Position numbers and translations under genes: made by a program. Below, one piece after another: positions 26,312 to 35,160 of a stretch of 35,160 nucleotides of DNA; the stretch's first letter is position 1, and the number at the start of each line of letters is the position of its first letter. The notes below the pieces were generated by a model. The model saw only the letters and a program-made list of their open reading frames with translations. It did not search any database and was not told the DNA's origin. The DNA comes from a virus (Duplodnaviria > Caudoviricetes), in IMG/VR virus record IMGVR_UViG_3300038314_000589, positions 1-35,160 of that record. One strand, given 5' to 3'.

Positions 26312-26696
26312 CAGAAGTCAAATAGGCAAAAGAAACAGACAAAGAGGAGCGGAGCTCCAAAGAGCCATGGTAAATCTTGCGAAGAAATTCAAGCTAGTGG
26401 CTCATAACAGAGACAGGGGAGGGGCACAACACCCTGATGGGGATATAGAAATCAATAACCTATGGTTTGGGTGTAAACGCAAGAAGCGTTTACCTAAGTA
26501 CCTTTTCCCTGAAAAGTCGGAGAAAGGTGTCTTTATAAGATCTGACAGAAAGAAACCTATGATAGTCATTAGTGCAGAACTATTTATGATGCTATACTCT
26601 TCCTGGGAAAAAGACCGTAAAACAAAACTAAGTTATTTAATAAGTAATGGACATCCACCTATAGAAACAGACGGAACAACAAATGAAGAAGAATAA
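26298..26696 (+). CDS. Holliday-junction-resolvase-like PD-(D/E)xK protein
   Basis: NRQRGAELQR, GDI, xCKR, R.DRK.P.IVI pattern of Hjc-like phage resolvases; AAGGAG RBS. Confidence 0.65.
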   Translation: MTVINRSQIGKRNRQRGAELQRAMVNLAKKFKLVAHNRDRGGAQHPDGDIEINNLWFGCKRKKRLPKYLFPEKSEKGVFIRSDRKKPMIVISAELFMMLYSSWEKDRKTKLSYLISNGHPPIETDGTTNEEE

Positions 26697-26976
26697 CATG
26701 AAAAGAATCAGAAGATTGGATAGTTTACCATCTATGTCTCATTTTGAAACAAGTTACGGAGCAAGAGGTATACTACTTAAGAAAGATGACATGCAAAATA
26801 TGGTTTGGTGGTATTATCAACCACCTACAGACGATAAAACAGTACGAGAATACTATTTAAGGAACAATCCCATGGGAATAGCTGGTGGAACACAGATTAT
26901 CAGAATAAGAAAGAGAAAGACAAATATCCCAACAAAATGGCTAAAAAGAAATGACAAGACTGGAAATATTGTTTAA
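26683..26976 (+). CDS. hypothetical basic protein
   Basis: ORF overlapping neighbours in the operon. Confidence 0.6.
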   Translation: MKKNNMKRIRRLDSLPSMSHFETSYGARGILLKKDDMQNMVWWYYQPPTDDKTVREYYLRNNPMGIAGGTQIIRIRKRKTNIPTKWLKRNDKTGNIV

Positions 26977-27109
26977 ATTAGTACTGGACTTCTTTGAATC
27001 TAAACATGTGATGATAATGAAAGACTTTGATATACTAATGACCGAATCACAAGATCTGTATGATAAAGATCATCCACCTGAGGAAATAGTTCAGGAAGAA
27101 ATATTTTAA
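26951..27109 (+). CDS. small acidic protein (52 aa, not in ORF track)
   Basis: ATG 26951 to TAA 27109: MTRLEILFKLVLDFFESKHVMIMKDFDILMTESQDLYDKDHPPEEIVQEEIF; stop abuts the hairpin cluster. Confidence 0.55.
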   Translation: MTRLEILFKLVLDFFESKHVMIMKDFDILMTESQDLYDKDHPPEEIVQEEIF

Positions 27110-27398
27110 GAGGTGGGGCTATTATTAGGGTTTTTAGCAAGTTGCAATTCTCTCACAAGATACCAATTCTTTACATTCTTTTTTGGTTGGTAACTTGGGA
27201 CTTGCGAGCCTACCTAATCCCACCTCTCTCCATTGAAAGGGCTCTATGATACCTATGTTGTACATGTTTTTCATGTTATGTACAGAATTACAAAATTATA
27301 GAGCCCTTTATTTTGGGAGAAATGGAGCATCTCTCAATGTCTATAGCAGTAATTGGGAAACCCAACCATATTGGAGCATCTTTTGCTGACTATAGACA
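27109..27398 (+). ncRNA. four tandem RNA hairpins at the 3' end of the early/replication operon
   Basis: AGAGGTGGG/CCCACCTCT (27109-27227); AAAGGGCTCTATGAT/ATTATAGAGCCCTTT (27236-27309); TTGGGAGA/TCTCTCAA (27313-27337); TGTCTATAG-CAGTAA/TTGCTG-A-CTATAGACA (27338-27398). Confidence 0.7.
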
Positions 27399-27578
27399 AC
27401 TTTTCAAAAACTTACCAAAAAACAAATAGCCGATTCTCGAATTTGATTTTAAGCTAATTCAACCTTTTTTTTAAAAAACCGTTGAGAAAAAGCATGCGAG
27501 CTGATAAAATAGATGAAGTAGGTTATTAAGGGCCACCTTGGGCCACATATAAGGGGTAGAATGCCATTCTAAGCCCGT

Positions 27579-30500
27579 TTAATATATACTTGGATACTTA
27601 GTCTCAGTTGACATAGGATAAGGCGTCCTCGTGGCTGTTATGGGCTTTTCCCGCCTAAAATACTTGGTGGCACCACGTTGGAATTGATGTAAAGGCACTC
27701 CAACCAATCTTTCTGTTGCCATAACAGGATTATAGATCAAACCATGCTCTGGTTTAAACATATCTCTTGCTATCCTACCAAATGGGAACCAAGTCCATAC
27801 ATGATAAGAAGCAAATCTATCCCAATCTTTGGATAACATAGATTTGATAGGTGCTAAGGCATATCTAGCTACAGGTGGAGCAAACATCTGAGCTGGCCCC
27901 ATACCAAAGAAAGCTCGTTCCTTCTCAGGCTCAGAACCAAAGAACCAATCAGCTAAATCCTCAAAATATTGGTAAGGTTGAGGAAGAGTAGCCTCAAACA
28001 TAGAAGCTGGGAAAATAGTAGCAAGAGCATACATAAATAGATCAGCAGTTACCATACTCTGTAATCTCTTATACTCTGGAGTCCCAGGATCATACCCTAC
28101 TATCTTAGCTCGTCTTATTAATTCCTTACGGAATCTAATAGAGTTCCATGACCAAAGCTGAAACCTTGCAAAGATACGACCAAGATTTGTCCTTGCAAAT
28201 GCTGGTCTATTAGCATTATTGTACAAGAACTGAGTACCATACACACCCTGGTTTGCCATTTTAATCAACCAAGGATGTTCAAAGTCCATAACAAATCCAT
28301 TAGCCTCTAATGCATCTCTTGCATTAATATAATGAGCAAGGAAAGCCTGCTTCCTTAATTTTCTTTCCGATACCCGCATAAACCATGCAGCTTTATTAAA
28401 AATTTCTTTAGTTACACCATTTCTTTGAAATATCTCAAACACAGTTAGATCATTAGACTCTGGGTCTTTTCTAATCTGTTGTAAAGCTTCTCGTATAGAC
28501 TTTCTTAATTTAGGATCTTTCCATGCACCAGTAAGCCTAGCCTCTGAAACAATCCATGATTCAACAGCTCCCACACTCTCAGTCCAATCAGACCAATCCT
28601 GACTTGTCTTAAACTTAGGATTAACATAGTTGGCAAGATATTTAATAGAAAGAGAGTTCTTCCATGGAGTAAATCCAGCATTTATAATCGTATTAGTACT
28701 ACCACCATACATATTGTTAGCAAGGGATTTGCTATGTGCAAGTAGCGTAAGCATCTCCCATTTTGCTTCCAAATTAGAGAGATGTGCTAACTGCCTATGT
28801 AATAATCTAGATTTCTCTTTTGCAAGCCCACGATTACCATCAAAATACTTCTTTGCTATCCTACCTACTACTTCCTTTTCAAAAGCCTCATCACTAAACC
28901 AATAGTAAGGAGTAATCTTAACAGGAAGCTTATCTACATCAGTTAAGAATGCTCTAGGAAATGTGCTACCATAACCTAAATTATCTCTGTTATAAAGTTT
29001 CATGAATCTTGCCCACTGCCTAGTATGCTTACCCATCGCTTGAGTATTTTCAAATCTTTTTACCAGCCTGTATGAAATAGCAGACGCTAAGCTATTGTAA
29101 CGTGCTGTAATAATCTGACTAGCATACCTCTCAAGAGCATCCCAGTTTCTTTGCCAGCCTGGTAAAGGGCCATCTTCTCTAGAGCCACGTCTAAGAACAT
29201 GTCCAGGCCTTGAGTGTAATCCAAGTAAGGAAAAATCTCTTTCAGAGATTTCATCAGACATCATAGCTTCTGCATGTGCTTCACCAAGGCCAAGATCATT
29301 TAGCTTTTCTTCTGCCATAATAATCTTATGTCTATACTCCGCCTCTGCTAACTGAGTCTCATCCGCACCCTCTTTAGCTAATCTCTCAAGCCTTTCCTGT
29401 AATACACGTTTAGATACTTTCTTACCCCATCCTCCATGAGGAAAGAACTCACTAAAAGTAACTTGTCCTATACCTCTGAACCCAGGATTCTGAGAAACAG
29501 AACCATCATCAGCTGCAACTGTAATGTTACCCTTACCTGTAATCCTAGTCTCCTCACCACCCTTCCACATCTCTTTAAATTTAATTCTTAATTCAGTGGG
29601 CATCTCCTTTACATCCACTATATCCTCTCGCCAGTCAAGCGTCCTACCACTAGTAGATTTAACACCTTCTTTATTTAATCTTGTAGCAATATCTATAATC
29701 TCATTGTTCTTTATATTCAGCATATCAACACGCATCTCATTTAATATAATATCAAATGAAAGTTCTAGTTGCTGTTCAAGTGGAATAATATATGGCTTAG
29801 CACCTACATCCTGTTCTCTAGCTAACTTTCTTAAAGTCTTACCTATATCTATTTCCTTACCATGCTTAGTCTTATTCCAAACAAATTCTTTCTCAGCAAA
29901 TTCTTTATTACTTACATGTACTTTATAAAAGGACTCAAACCAACCAGTAATCCTATCGTTCATAACTTCACGAAGCTCTTCTGCCCTTATCTTCTGCTGT
30001 TCACCTTCGAGAGTAATAGTATACTCTTTCCCAGCAAACTCTTTATTCCATATCTTCTCAGCCTTTTCCCATTCCTTTTCGTACAGTCTATTTCGGTCAT
30101 TCTCAAACTCATCCTTGCCCCTGTTACGTTCTCTGTACGCTATAATATTATCCATAAATCTTGACTGATCAATATCTTTAATAGTATCTAAGGGTTCTCT
30201 TACAGAAGCAAGGTCTTGTAATCCTTCCTCATATTTTCTAGGCTCACCCTCTGGACTAGTTCTATGCACAATTCTATTGATCTCTACCTGTTTCCATTTA
30301 TCAGCAGTAGTCCAGAACTGATGCATCCTACCAAAGTGACTCATTGGTACAGCAACCTGTTTAAATACAGGGCCAGAAGGAGTGACAACAGGGCCTTCCA
30401 TCCAGAATGGAGACATGTCATAACCTAAATTCCTACGCCCTATGCTCTCAGGCCACATCATAAAATGCCACCACTTAACAGGAGTCCCATCAGGCATTTT

Positions 30501-33500
30501 ACCTGTCTTAATAAAAGAACGGAGAGCATTCTTAGGAGTGAAACCTTTAAATGAATTGATAAAGACTCTTAAATCTTGCTTGGTAGCTATCCTTGGCGAT
30601 GTACCAAAGACTCCAAAATTCATTAAAGTACCCTCGAACATTTCCTGAAAGTTTTCTCTTAATTGAGGATACATCTGAACAATATCCTGCAAGTCACTAT
30701 AAAGCTGTCTCTCTTCTTGACTCATCTTGCTAACATCGACATGTTCTGCATCTTTAATATGATTACGCCAGAAATGATCAGCGTACTCTGCTAATTTATT
30801 AGCTTGGTTAGTATCACTTGTTCTTGGAACAGCTCTATCCAATGCTGGAGACTCTAATGGATCTGACCTTAATATAACCCGTTGCATTTCTGCATCAGAT
30901 AGCTCCCTACCTGTTAATTCATGCAATCCACGATAAGTATCAAGCCACTTCTTTACTGAAGTCCGTGGAAGTACATCTGTACCAAAAGCAAATGCATCTA
31001 ATCCAGAATTATGATAATCACCCTTAAGACTAGAAATCTTATCCTGTTCTCTATTCATATTCTTAGTAATTGTCTCATAATCCTTCTGATAATCTTTAGT
31101 ACCACCCTCCAATAAGTCACGATTTTTTATAAGAGTCTGAATATTTTTCTCGTGCAAAGAAACCTTCTTATGCATATCAGTGACAGAAAAAGGATGCCTT
31201 CTAAGACTAGATAATAAGAAAGCATCATATAATTCTTGTTGAGCTTTGGGAAGACCATCTCTATACTCTCTCATCTTCACTCTTAACTCAGAATTAGTAA
31301 CATATGCAGGCATATTAACTCTCTCATGTAAGGCGACTGCTCTCTTAACATTAATATTATTATAATATGACATTTTATGAGCTTGTGCCTGGTTAAGAAT
31401 ACCTTCAGCGACAACATGGAAACTCTCAATATCCTCACCATACTCAGAGAATGCTTTCCTGTATGCACCAGATACCACCAATACAGATGTCCTATCTGCA
31501 CTATCCTGCGAAACGAAATCTCTAAGTTTAGCTCTACCCTCTGGAGTACTCATCAAAGTCTTAAATTCTTTTTTATCCCAGAACTTTTCCTGTGTTATAA
31601 TCTTCTCACGAAACAACATACTTAATACATCTGGATTCTCATCAAGTATCCTATTGAACTTCCTTCCAAACTTCTGGTATTCTTTATTATTGAAGAAATG
31701 TCTACCCCTTTGATACTCATCACTTACTTGTAATATATTAACAAGCTCTTCAGAGACTACTCTACCCCATACACCAGGAATTTCTACATCTCTATCGGTA
31801 AGATATTTTACTTCAGTAGAAAGTCTATCTGAAATATCATTCATACTCCATGCTCTACCTTCATCCCAATTCCTGCTTGCTATTAGATTATCCATCCTTG
31901 TTAGCCTACCATATATAGTATCATATACACCAGCCATGGCTTTATTGCTGAGTATATCACCATATACTTTGCCCTTACTATCGTAAACAATGGCACCTCT
32001 AAATGCCTTACTTATTAATAGATCTATTAACTGATGTCTGTTAAGCATACCAGCATAATCCCCTGCATCAGCTGCAAAGTTCAAAGCATCTCGTGCATAG
32101 TATCTAAATTCTTCGCCATTATCTTTGGAAGCTTGCCACTTAACATAGAGTTTATCAGCTTTAATAGGTTCTTTCTTTCCCTTTATCCTTCTTGCGTTAA
32201 TGCTAGCCAATGTTTCAGGAGATAATTCTTCAACCCACTCACCACCTTTCTTTGCATTAACAAAAGAAAACAATGAATGGATACGCCTTCTGGCGTTTGC
32301 AGCAACACCCAATAATTTATTACCAGCACGCGACCCCATGGAAACTTCCCATAAAGTTAAAGGATCAAACATACCAGGAACACCCTTCTGCTCTTCTCTT
32401 AATTCTTTAATATTAAAGTCCTCTAGATTAGTTTTTACATCTCTAAGGATACCCTTCTTATCCACCCATTCGTTTCTATTGTTTCTAATAGCTTTCATGA
32501 ACCCCCTGTCCAACCCATGGTAAAAGAATGCAGAGTCACTATCAAGATCAGCACCACCAGAAGCTATCATATCCTTATTATGAATAATCATGCCAGCTCC
32601 TTGTCTTCCAGTAAATCCCTTAAACTTTAAAGATCTCATACCAGAAATAGAATCTGATGGAACACGAATAATGCCAAAAGTAAGTTGTTCTTCCAGGTCT
32701 GCTAGCTTAGCAGGGTCTCTCTTCTCTAAATCTTTTCTTACTCCCTGATAATGCTTCCACGCTGACTCTAAACTCATTCTCTTGCCTTCATATGTGATCT
32801 TAAACTTTTTAAGAGCATCATTGAAATAAAATTCACCTGGCTTCAAGTCCAGTCTCCTCATTAACCATGGGTCAAAAGGGTTTAGAAATGCCTTACCACT
32901 CGAAGGCATAATAGGTCTTATAGCTTTATTGACTAGGTAATTTCTTAAGACAGTATCAGTTAATTTTTTAGTAGGCTTAAACTCTATCATAGATGGGGAT
33001 CTACCGCCTATTTGTAGTATCCTATCAGCAGAGCTATAAAATTCATCCAGCATTTTCTGCTCAGCAACTCTCTGAGCTACATCAAATTCTACTATAGTCT
33101 CACTATCTTGATCTAACAACCCTCTCTTACCAAGTTTTAACATATGATCCCATAGCTTTCTATATAGAGGACTGTCAGAAACAGTAGTTTTACCCTCTTT
33201 GCCACCAGTAACAATAGCCATAATAATATTATGATCTAGCTTATCTACATCTATATTCTCAACAAGCTTCTCTAGCTTAGCTATATCCTTAGAGGTAACA
33301 TTCTTTCCAGCAGCTTCTAACTCAAGAAACTTGTGAGCACGCTTATTATTAACTGGATCACCCCTTACGGACGTAAGTAAGATATCAGTATAGATTCTAT
33401 CAATAATCTTAGGGTCAACCTGCTCTGCAAATAAATTAGTAAGCATCTGCCTGACTGCCATAACCTCTTTCATGGCCCCACCAAATGTAGGATTATCATA

Positions 33501-35159
33501 TACCTGCAAATTGAGAGTAACATCCTCAAGAGGAATCTTATATGTCTCTGGTGTCTTGACATATTTACCTGTAGACTCATTATAATATCTCATCTCATAC
33601 TTGTCTTTACCCCTCCTATGCAACTTCCAGTCATACTTTTCCCTCAACCCTAATTGCTTTACAGCAGTATTATATAATATTCCGTGCACAGGATCAGACA
33701 TGCCTGCCATATGTGCAGACTCTGCCTTTCCAGCCCTGAAATAAGCATACTTACCTAAGATCATTCCACGATCTATTTCAGATGAATGCATAAATCCTTT
33801 TAACATATTACCCTTAACAGGAAGGCCACCGTCCTCTATCATTCTATCAAAGAAATCAGCACGTACCGAAAACACCCCATCTAAATGATGCTCAGCTAAG
33901 AAATTCTCCACAGCCTTGGTAAGCTTACCGCCCTTACCTTGTCGATACCTCTTCATCATTATATTTTTCTTGCCAGCAACATAGTTTCCTACAGAAGAAG
34001 GTGCAGAATTTGCGATGACAATATTCATTGCTGGTCTACCATCTACAGAAACACCAAGATCAGGTATATGATCTTGGTACATATTAATATCAAGACTAGG
34101 CTCTCCAGAATTAAGTATCTGCATACGTTTATTTAGAGATACTGGATCAGAAAGAAACTTATCAGGGTTCTTTGCTATAACACCAATGTCCTTAATCTTT
34201 TCCATTGTAAGCCTAGCGTGGATATTGGATACTACCATATGAGCGTAAAGAGCTTCAGCCTGTTCTGCTGGCATCCCAACCTTCTTCATAAAAGAACTAA
34301 ATACATTTCTATGTTTCTTGTAATCAGAATGTGCCTTTACTTTTGGATTAGCTTTATTAATCCTAGACATATACTGTTCAGCAATGGTTACAAAATTATC
34401 TCCAGGCCTACCCTGTACTAATTCAGCATAGATCTGCTTGTCTTGGTCTTTTACACCAGCAAAGAAATATCTTCCCTTTGCTGCTGCTGCTGCAAATACC
34501 TCTGCAATCTCCCCAGATCCCATATCCATATCAAATATACTTTGCACAACACTTCTATCTCTATCAGGGTTAACAACCTTAGTCTTATTTTCAAATCTTT
34601 CTACAATCCACTTCCATTGTCTCCCAAAAACCTTATCAAGAAATGAATCTGGTGTCATTTTTAATACATTTTTACCAGCACCATCTAAGTCTCCAGACTT
34701 TTCTAATAATAATGGGTCATCACTCCTTACAAAATGACCTTCATTAAGACGAGTATTCTCAGCTGTTCTTACCCAGTAACTCCTTAAGCCTTGATACATC
34801 CTAGTATTACGATCAATAGCAACGCTAAATTCAGAGGATATATCCGCAAGGAAGCTATTCCAACCCTCTTTACCCCCTGTTGAAAGATTGCTTTTAGCAA
34901 TCTCTGATACTCTTTCTTTAACAAGTCCTCTATTAGGTATATTGGGATCAGTGCCAGCAACAATCTGCTCCACTATCATATCTAAAGGCCGAGCCAAATG
35001 TAGAGTGGAATCATGTTCATTAATCACCTCTGATGTTTGAACGGACTCACTCTTTTCCGAGGTAGGGAGTTCAAGCATGGGTTCTTTAGGTATACTTGGC
35101 TCGACTACAGGCTTGCCTATTAATTCAAATTGAAATTGTTTATAGCCATCTTTTTTAAG
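27579..35159 (-). CDS. giant virion protein containing a single-chain two-barrel RNA polymerase (5'-truncated)
   Basis: Frame is open to the window edge (27 more codons upstream of ATG 35078). Ordered motifs LDG, LKG, YNTAVK, RQMLTNL, LKPGE, IRVP, GGADLDSD (32535-32549), LLGVAAN, AAD. Confidence 0.8.
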   Translation of the reverse strand, partial: LKKDGYKQFQFELIGKPVVEPSIPKEPMLELPTSEKSESVQTSEVINEHDSTLHLARPLDMIVEQIVAGTDPNIPNRGLVKERVSEIAKSNLSTGGKEGWNSFLADISSEFSVAIDRNTRMYQGLRSYWVRTAENTRLNEGHFVRSDDPLLLEKSGDLDGAGKNVLKMTPDSFLDKVFGRQWKWIVERFENKTKVVNPDRDRSVVQSIFDMDMGSGEIAEVFAAAAAKGRYFFAGVKDQDKQIYAELVQGRPGDNFVTIAEQYMSRINKANPKVKAHSDYKKHRNVFSSFMKKVGMPAEQAEALYAHMVVSNIHARLTMEKIKDIGVIAKNPDKFLSDPVSLNKRMQILNSGEPSLDINMYQDHIPDLGVSVDGRPAMNIVIANSAPSSVGNYVAGKKNIMMKRYRQGKGGKLTKAVENFLAEHHLDGVFSVRADFFDRMIEDGGLPVKGNMLKGFMHSSEIDRGMILGKYAYFRAGKAESAHMAGMSDPVHGILYNTAVKQLGLREKYDWKLHRRGKDKYEMRYYNESTGKYVKTPETYKIPLEDVTLNLQVYDNPTFGGAMKEVMAVRQMLTNLFAEQVDPKIIDRIYTDILLTSVRGDPVNNKRAHKFLELEAAGKNVTSKDIAKLEKLVENIDVDKLDHNIIMAIVTGGKEGKTTVSDSPLYRKLWDHMLKLGKRGLLDQDSETIVEFDVAQRVAEQKMLDEFYSSADRILQIGGRSPSMIEFKPTKKLTDTVLRNYLVNKAIRPIMPSSGKAFLNPFDPWLMRRLDLKPGEFYFNDALKKFKITYEGKRMSLESAWKHYQGVRKDLEKRDPAKLADLEEQLTFGIIRVPSDSISGMRSLKFKGFTGRQGAGMIIHNKDMIASGGADLDSDSAFFYHGLDRGFMKAIRNNRNEWVDKKGILRDVKTNLEDFNIKELREEQKGVPGMFDPLTLWEVSMGSRAGNKLLGVAANARRRIHSLFSFVNAKKGGEWVEELSPETLASINARRIKGKKEPIKADKLYVKWQASKDNGEEFRYYARDALNFAADAGDYAGMLNRHQLIDLLISKAFRGAIVYDSKGKVYGDILSNKAMAGVYDTIYGRLTRMDNLIASRNWDEGRAWSMNDISDRLSTEVKYLTDRDVEIPGVWGRVVSEELVNILQVSDEYQRGRHFFNNKEYQKFGRKFNRILDENPDVLSMLFREKIITQEKFWDKKEFKTLMSTPEGRAKLRDFVSQDSADRTSVLVVSGAYRKAFSEYGEDIESFHVVAEGILNQAQAHKMSYYNNINVKRAVALHERVNMPAYVTNSELRVKMREYRDGLPKAQQELYDAFLLSSLRRHPFSVTDMHKKVSLHEKNIQTLIKNRDLLEGGTKDYQKDYETITKNMNREQDKISSLKGDYHNSGLDAFAFGTDVLPRTSVKKWLDTYRGLHELTGRELSDAEMQRVILRSDPLESPALDRAVPRTSDTNQANKLAEYADHFWRNHIKDAEHVDVSKMSQEERQLYSDLQDIVQMYPQLRENFQEMFEGTLMNFGVFGTSPRIATKQDLRVFINSFKGFTPKNALRSFIKTGKMPDGTPVKWWHFMMWPESIGRRNLGYDMSPFWMEGPVVTPSGPVFKQVAVPMSHFGRMHQFWTTADKWKQVEINRIVHRTSPEGEPRKYEEGLQDLASVREPLDTIKDIDQSRFMDNIIAYRERNRGKDEFENDRNRLYEKEWEKAEKIWNKEFAGKEYTITLEGEQQKIRAEELREVMNDRITGWFESFYKVHVSNKEFAEKEFVWNKTKHGKEIDIGKTLRKLAREQDVGAKPYIIPLEQQLELSFDIILNEMRVDMLNIKNNEIIDIATRLNKEGVKSTSGRTLDWREDIVDVKEMPTELRIKFKEMWKGGEETRITGKGNITVAADDGSVSQNPGFRGIGQVTFSEFFPHGGWGKKVSKRVLQERLERLAKEGADETQLAEAEYRHKIIMAEEKLNDLGLGEAHAEAMMSDEISERDFSLLGLHSRPGHVLRRGSREDGPLPGWQRNWDALERYASQIITARYNSLASAISYRLVKRFENTQAMGKHTRQWARFMKLYNRDNLGYGSTFPRAFLTDVDKLPVKITPYYWFSDEAFEKEVVGRIAKKYFDGNRGLAKEKSRLLHRQLAHLSNLEAKWEMLTLLAHSKSLANNMYGGSTNTIINAGFTPWKNSLSIKYLANYVNPKFKTSQDWSDWTESVGAVESWIVSEARLTGAWKDPKLRKSIREALQQIRKDPESNDLTVFEIFQRNGVTKEIFNKAAWFMRVSERKLRKQAFLAHYINARDALEANGFVMDFEHPWLIKMANQGVYGTQFLYNNANRPAFARTNLGRIFARFQLWSWNSIRFRKELIRRAKIVGYDPGTPEYKRLQSMVTADLFMYALATIFPASMFEATLPQPYQYFEDLADWFFGSEPEKERAFFGMGPAQMFAPPVARYALAPIKSMLSKDWDRFASYHVWTWFPFGRIARDMFKPEHGLIYNPVMATERLVGVPLHQFQRGATKYFRREKPITATRTPYPMSTETKYPSIY

Positions 35160-35160
35160 G

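Noticed and set aside
1-35160. Stop-codon reassignment as in some crAss-like phages
   Set aside because: Genes are full length under the standard code, and TAG, TGA and TAA all end genes at sensible positions.

Overview
Fragment of a tailed dsDNA bacteriophage genome with three blocks. (1) 1-12273, minus strand: virion morphogenesis operon (TerS-like, TerL, P22-like portal, scaffold, SU10/DUF5309-type major capsid, head-tail adaptors, fibre modules), running off the left edge. (2) 12484-27109, plus strand, AT-rich: early/replication operon with many small genes, a 2H phosphoesterase, a MazG-like protein, a MoxR AAA+/vWA pair, a Sak4/AAA_24 ATPase, an SSB-like protein, an AEP primase-SF4 helicase fusion, a Gp157-like protein and a resolvase-like nuclease. 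No DNA polymerase is in the window. (3) 27579 to the right edge, minus strand: a giant (>2500 aa) protein carrying the ordered motifs of a single-chain two-barrel RNA polymerase (catalytic-like GGADLDSD), resembling the virion RNAP of crAss-like phages, followed by a helical ejection-protein-like C-terminus. The most striking unexplained signal is that the large intergenic gaps of the plus-strand operon are filled with back-to-back long-stemmed, often multibranched hairpins whose G-U pairs point to a plus-strand RNA. All assignments are from motif recognition by eye; no searches or folding programs were run.
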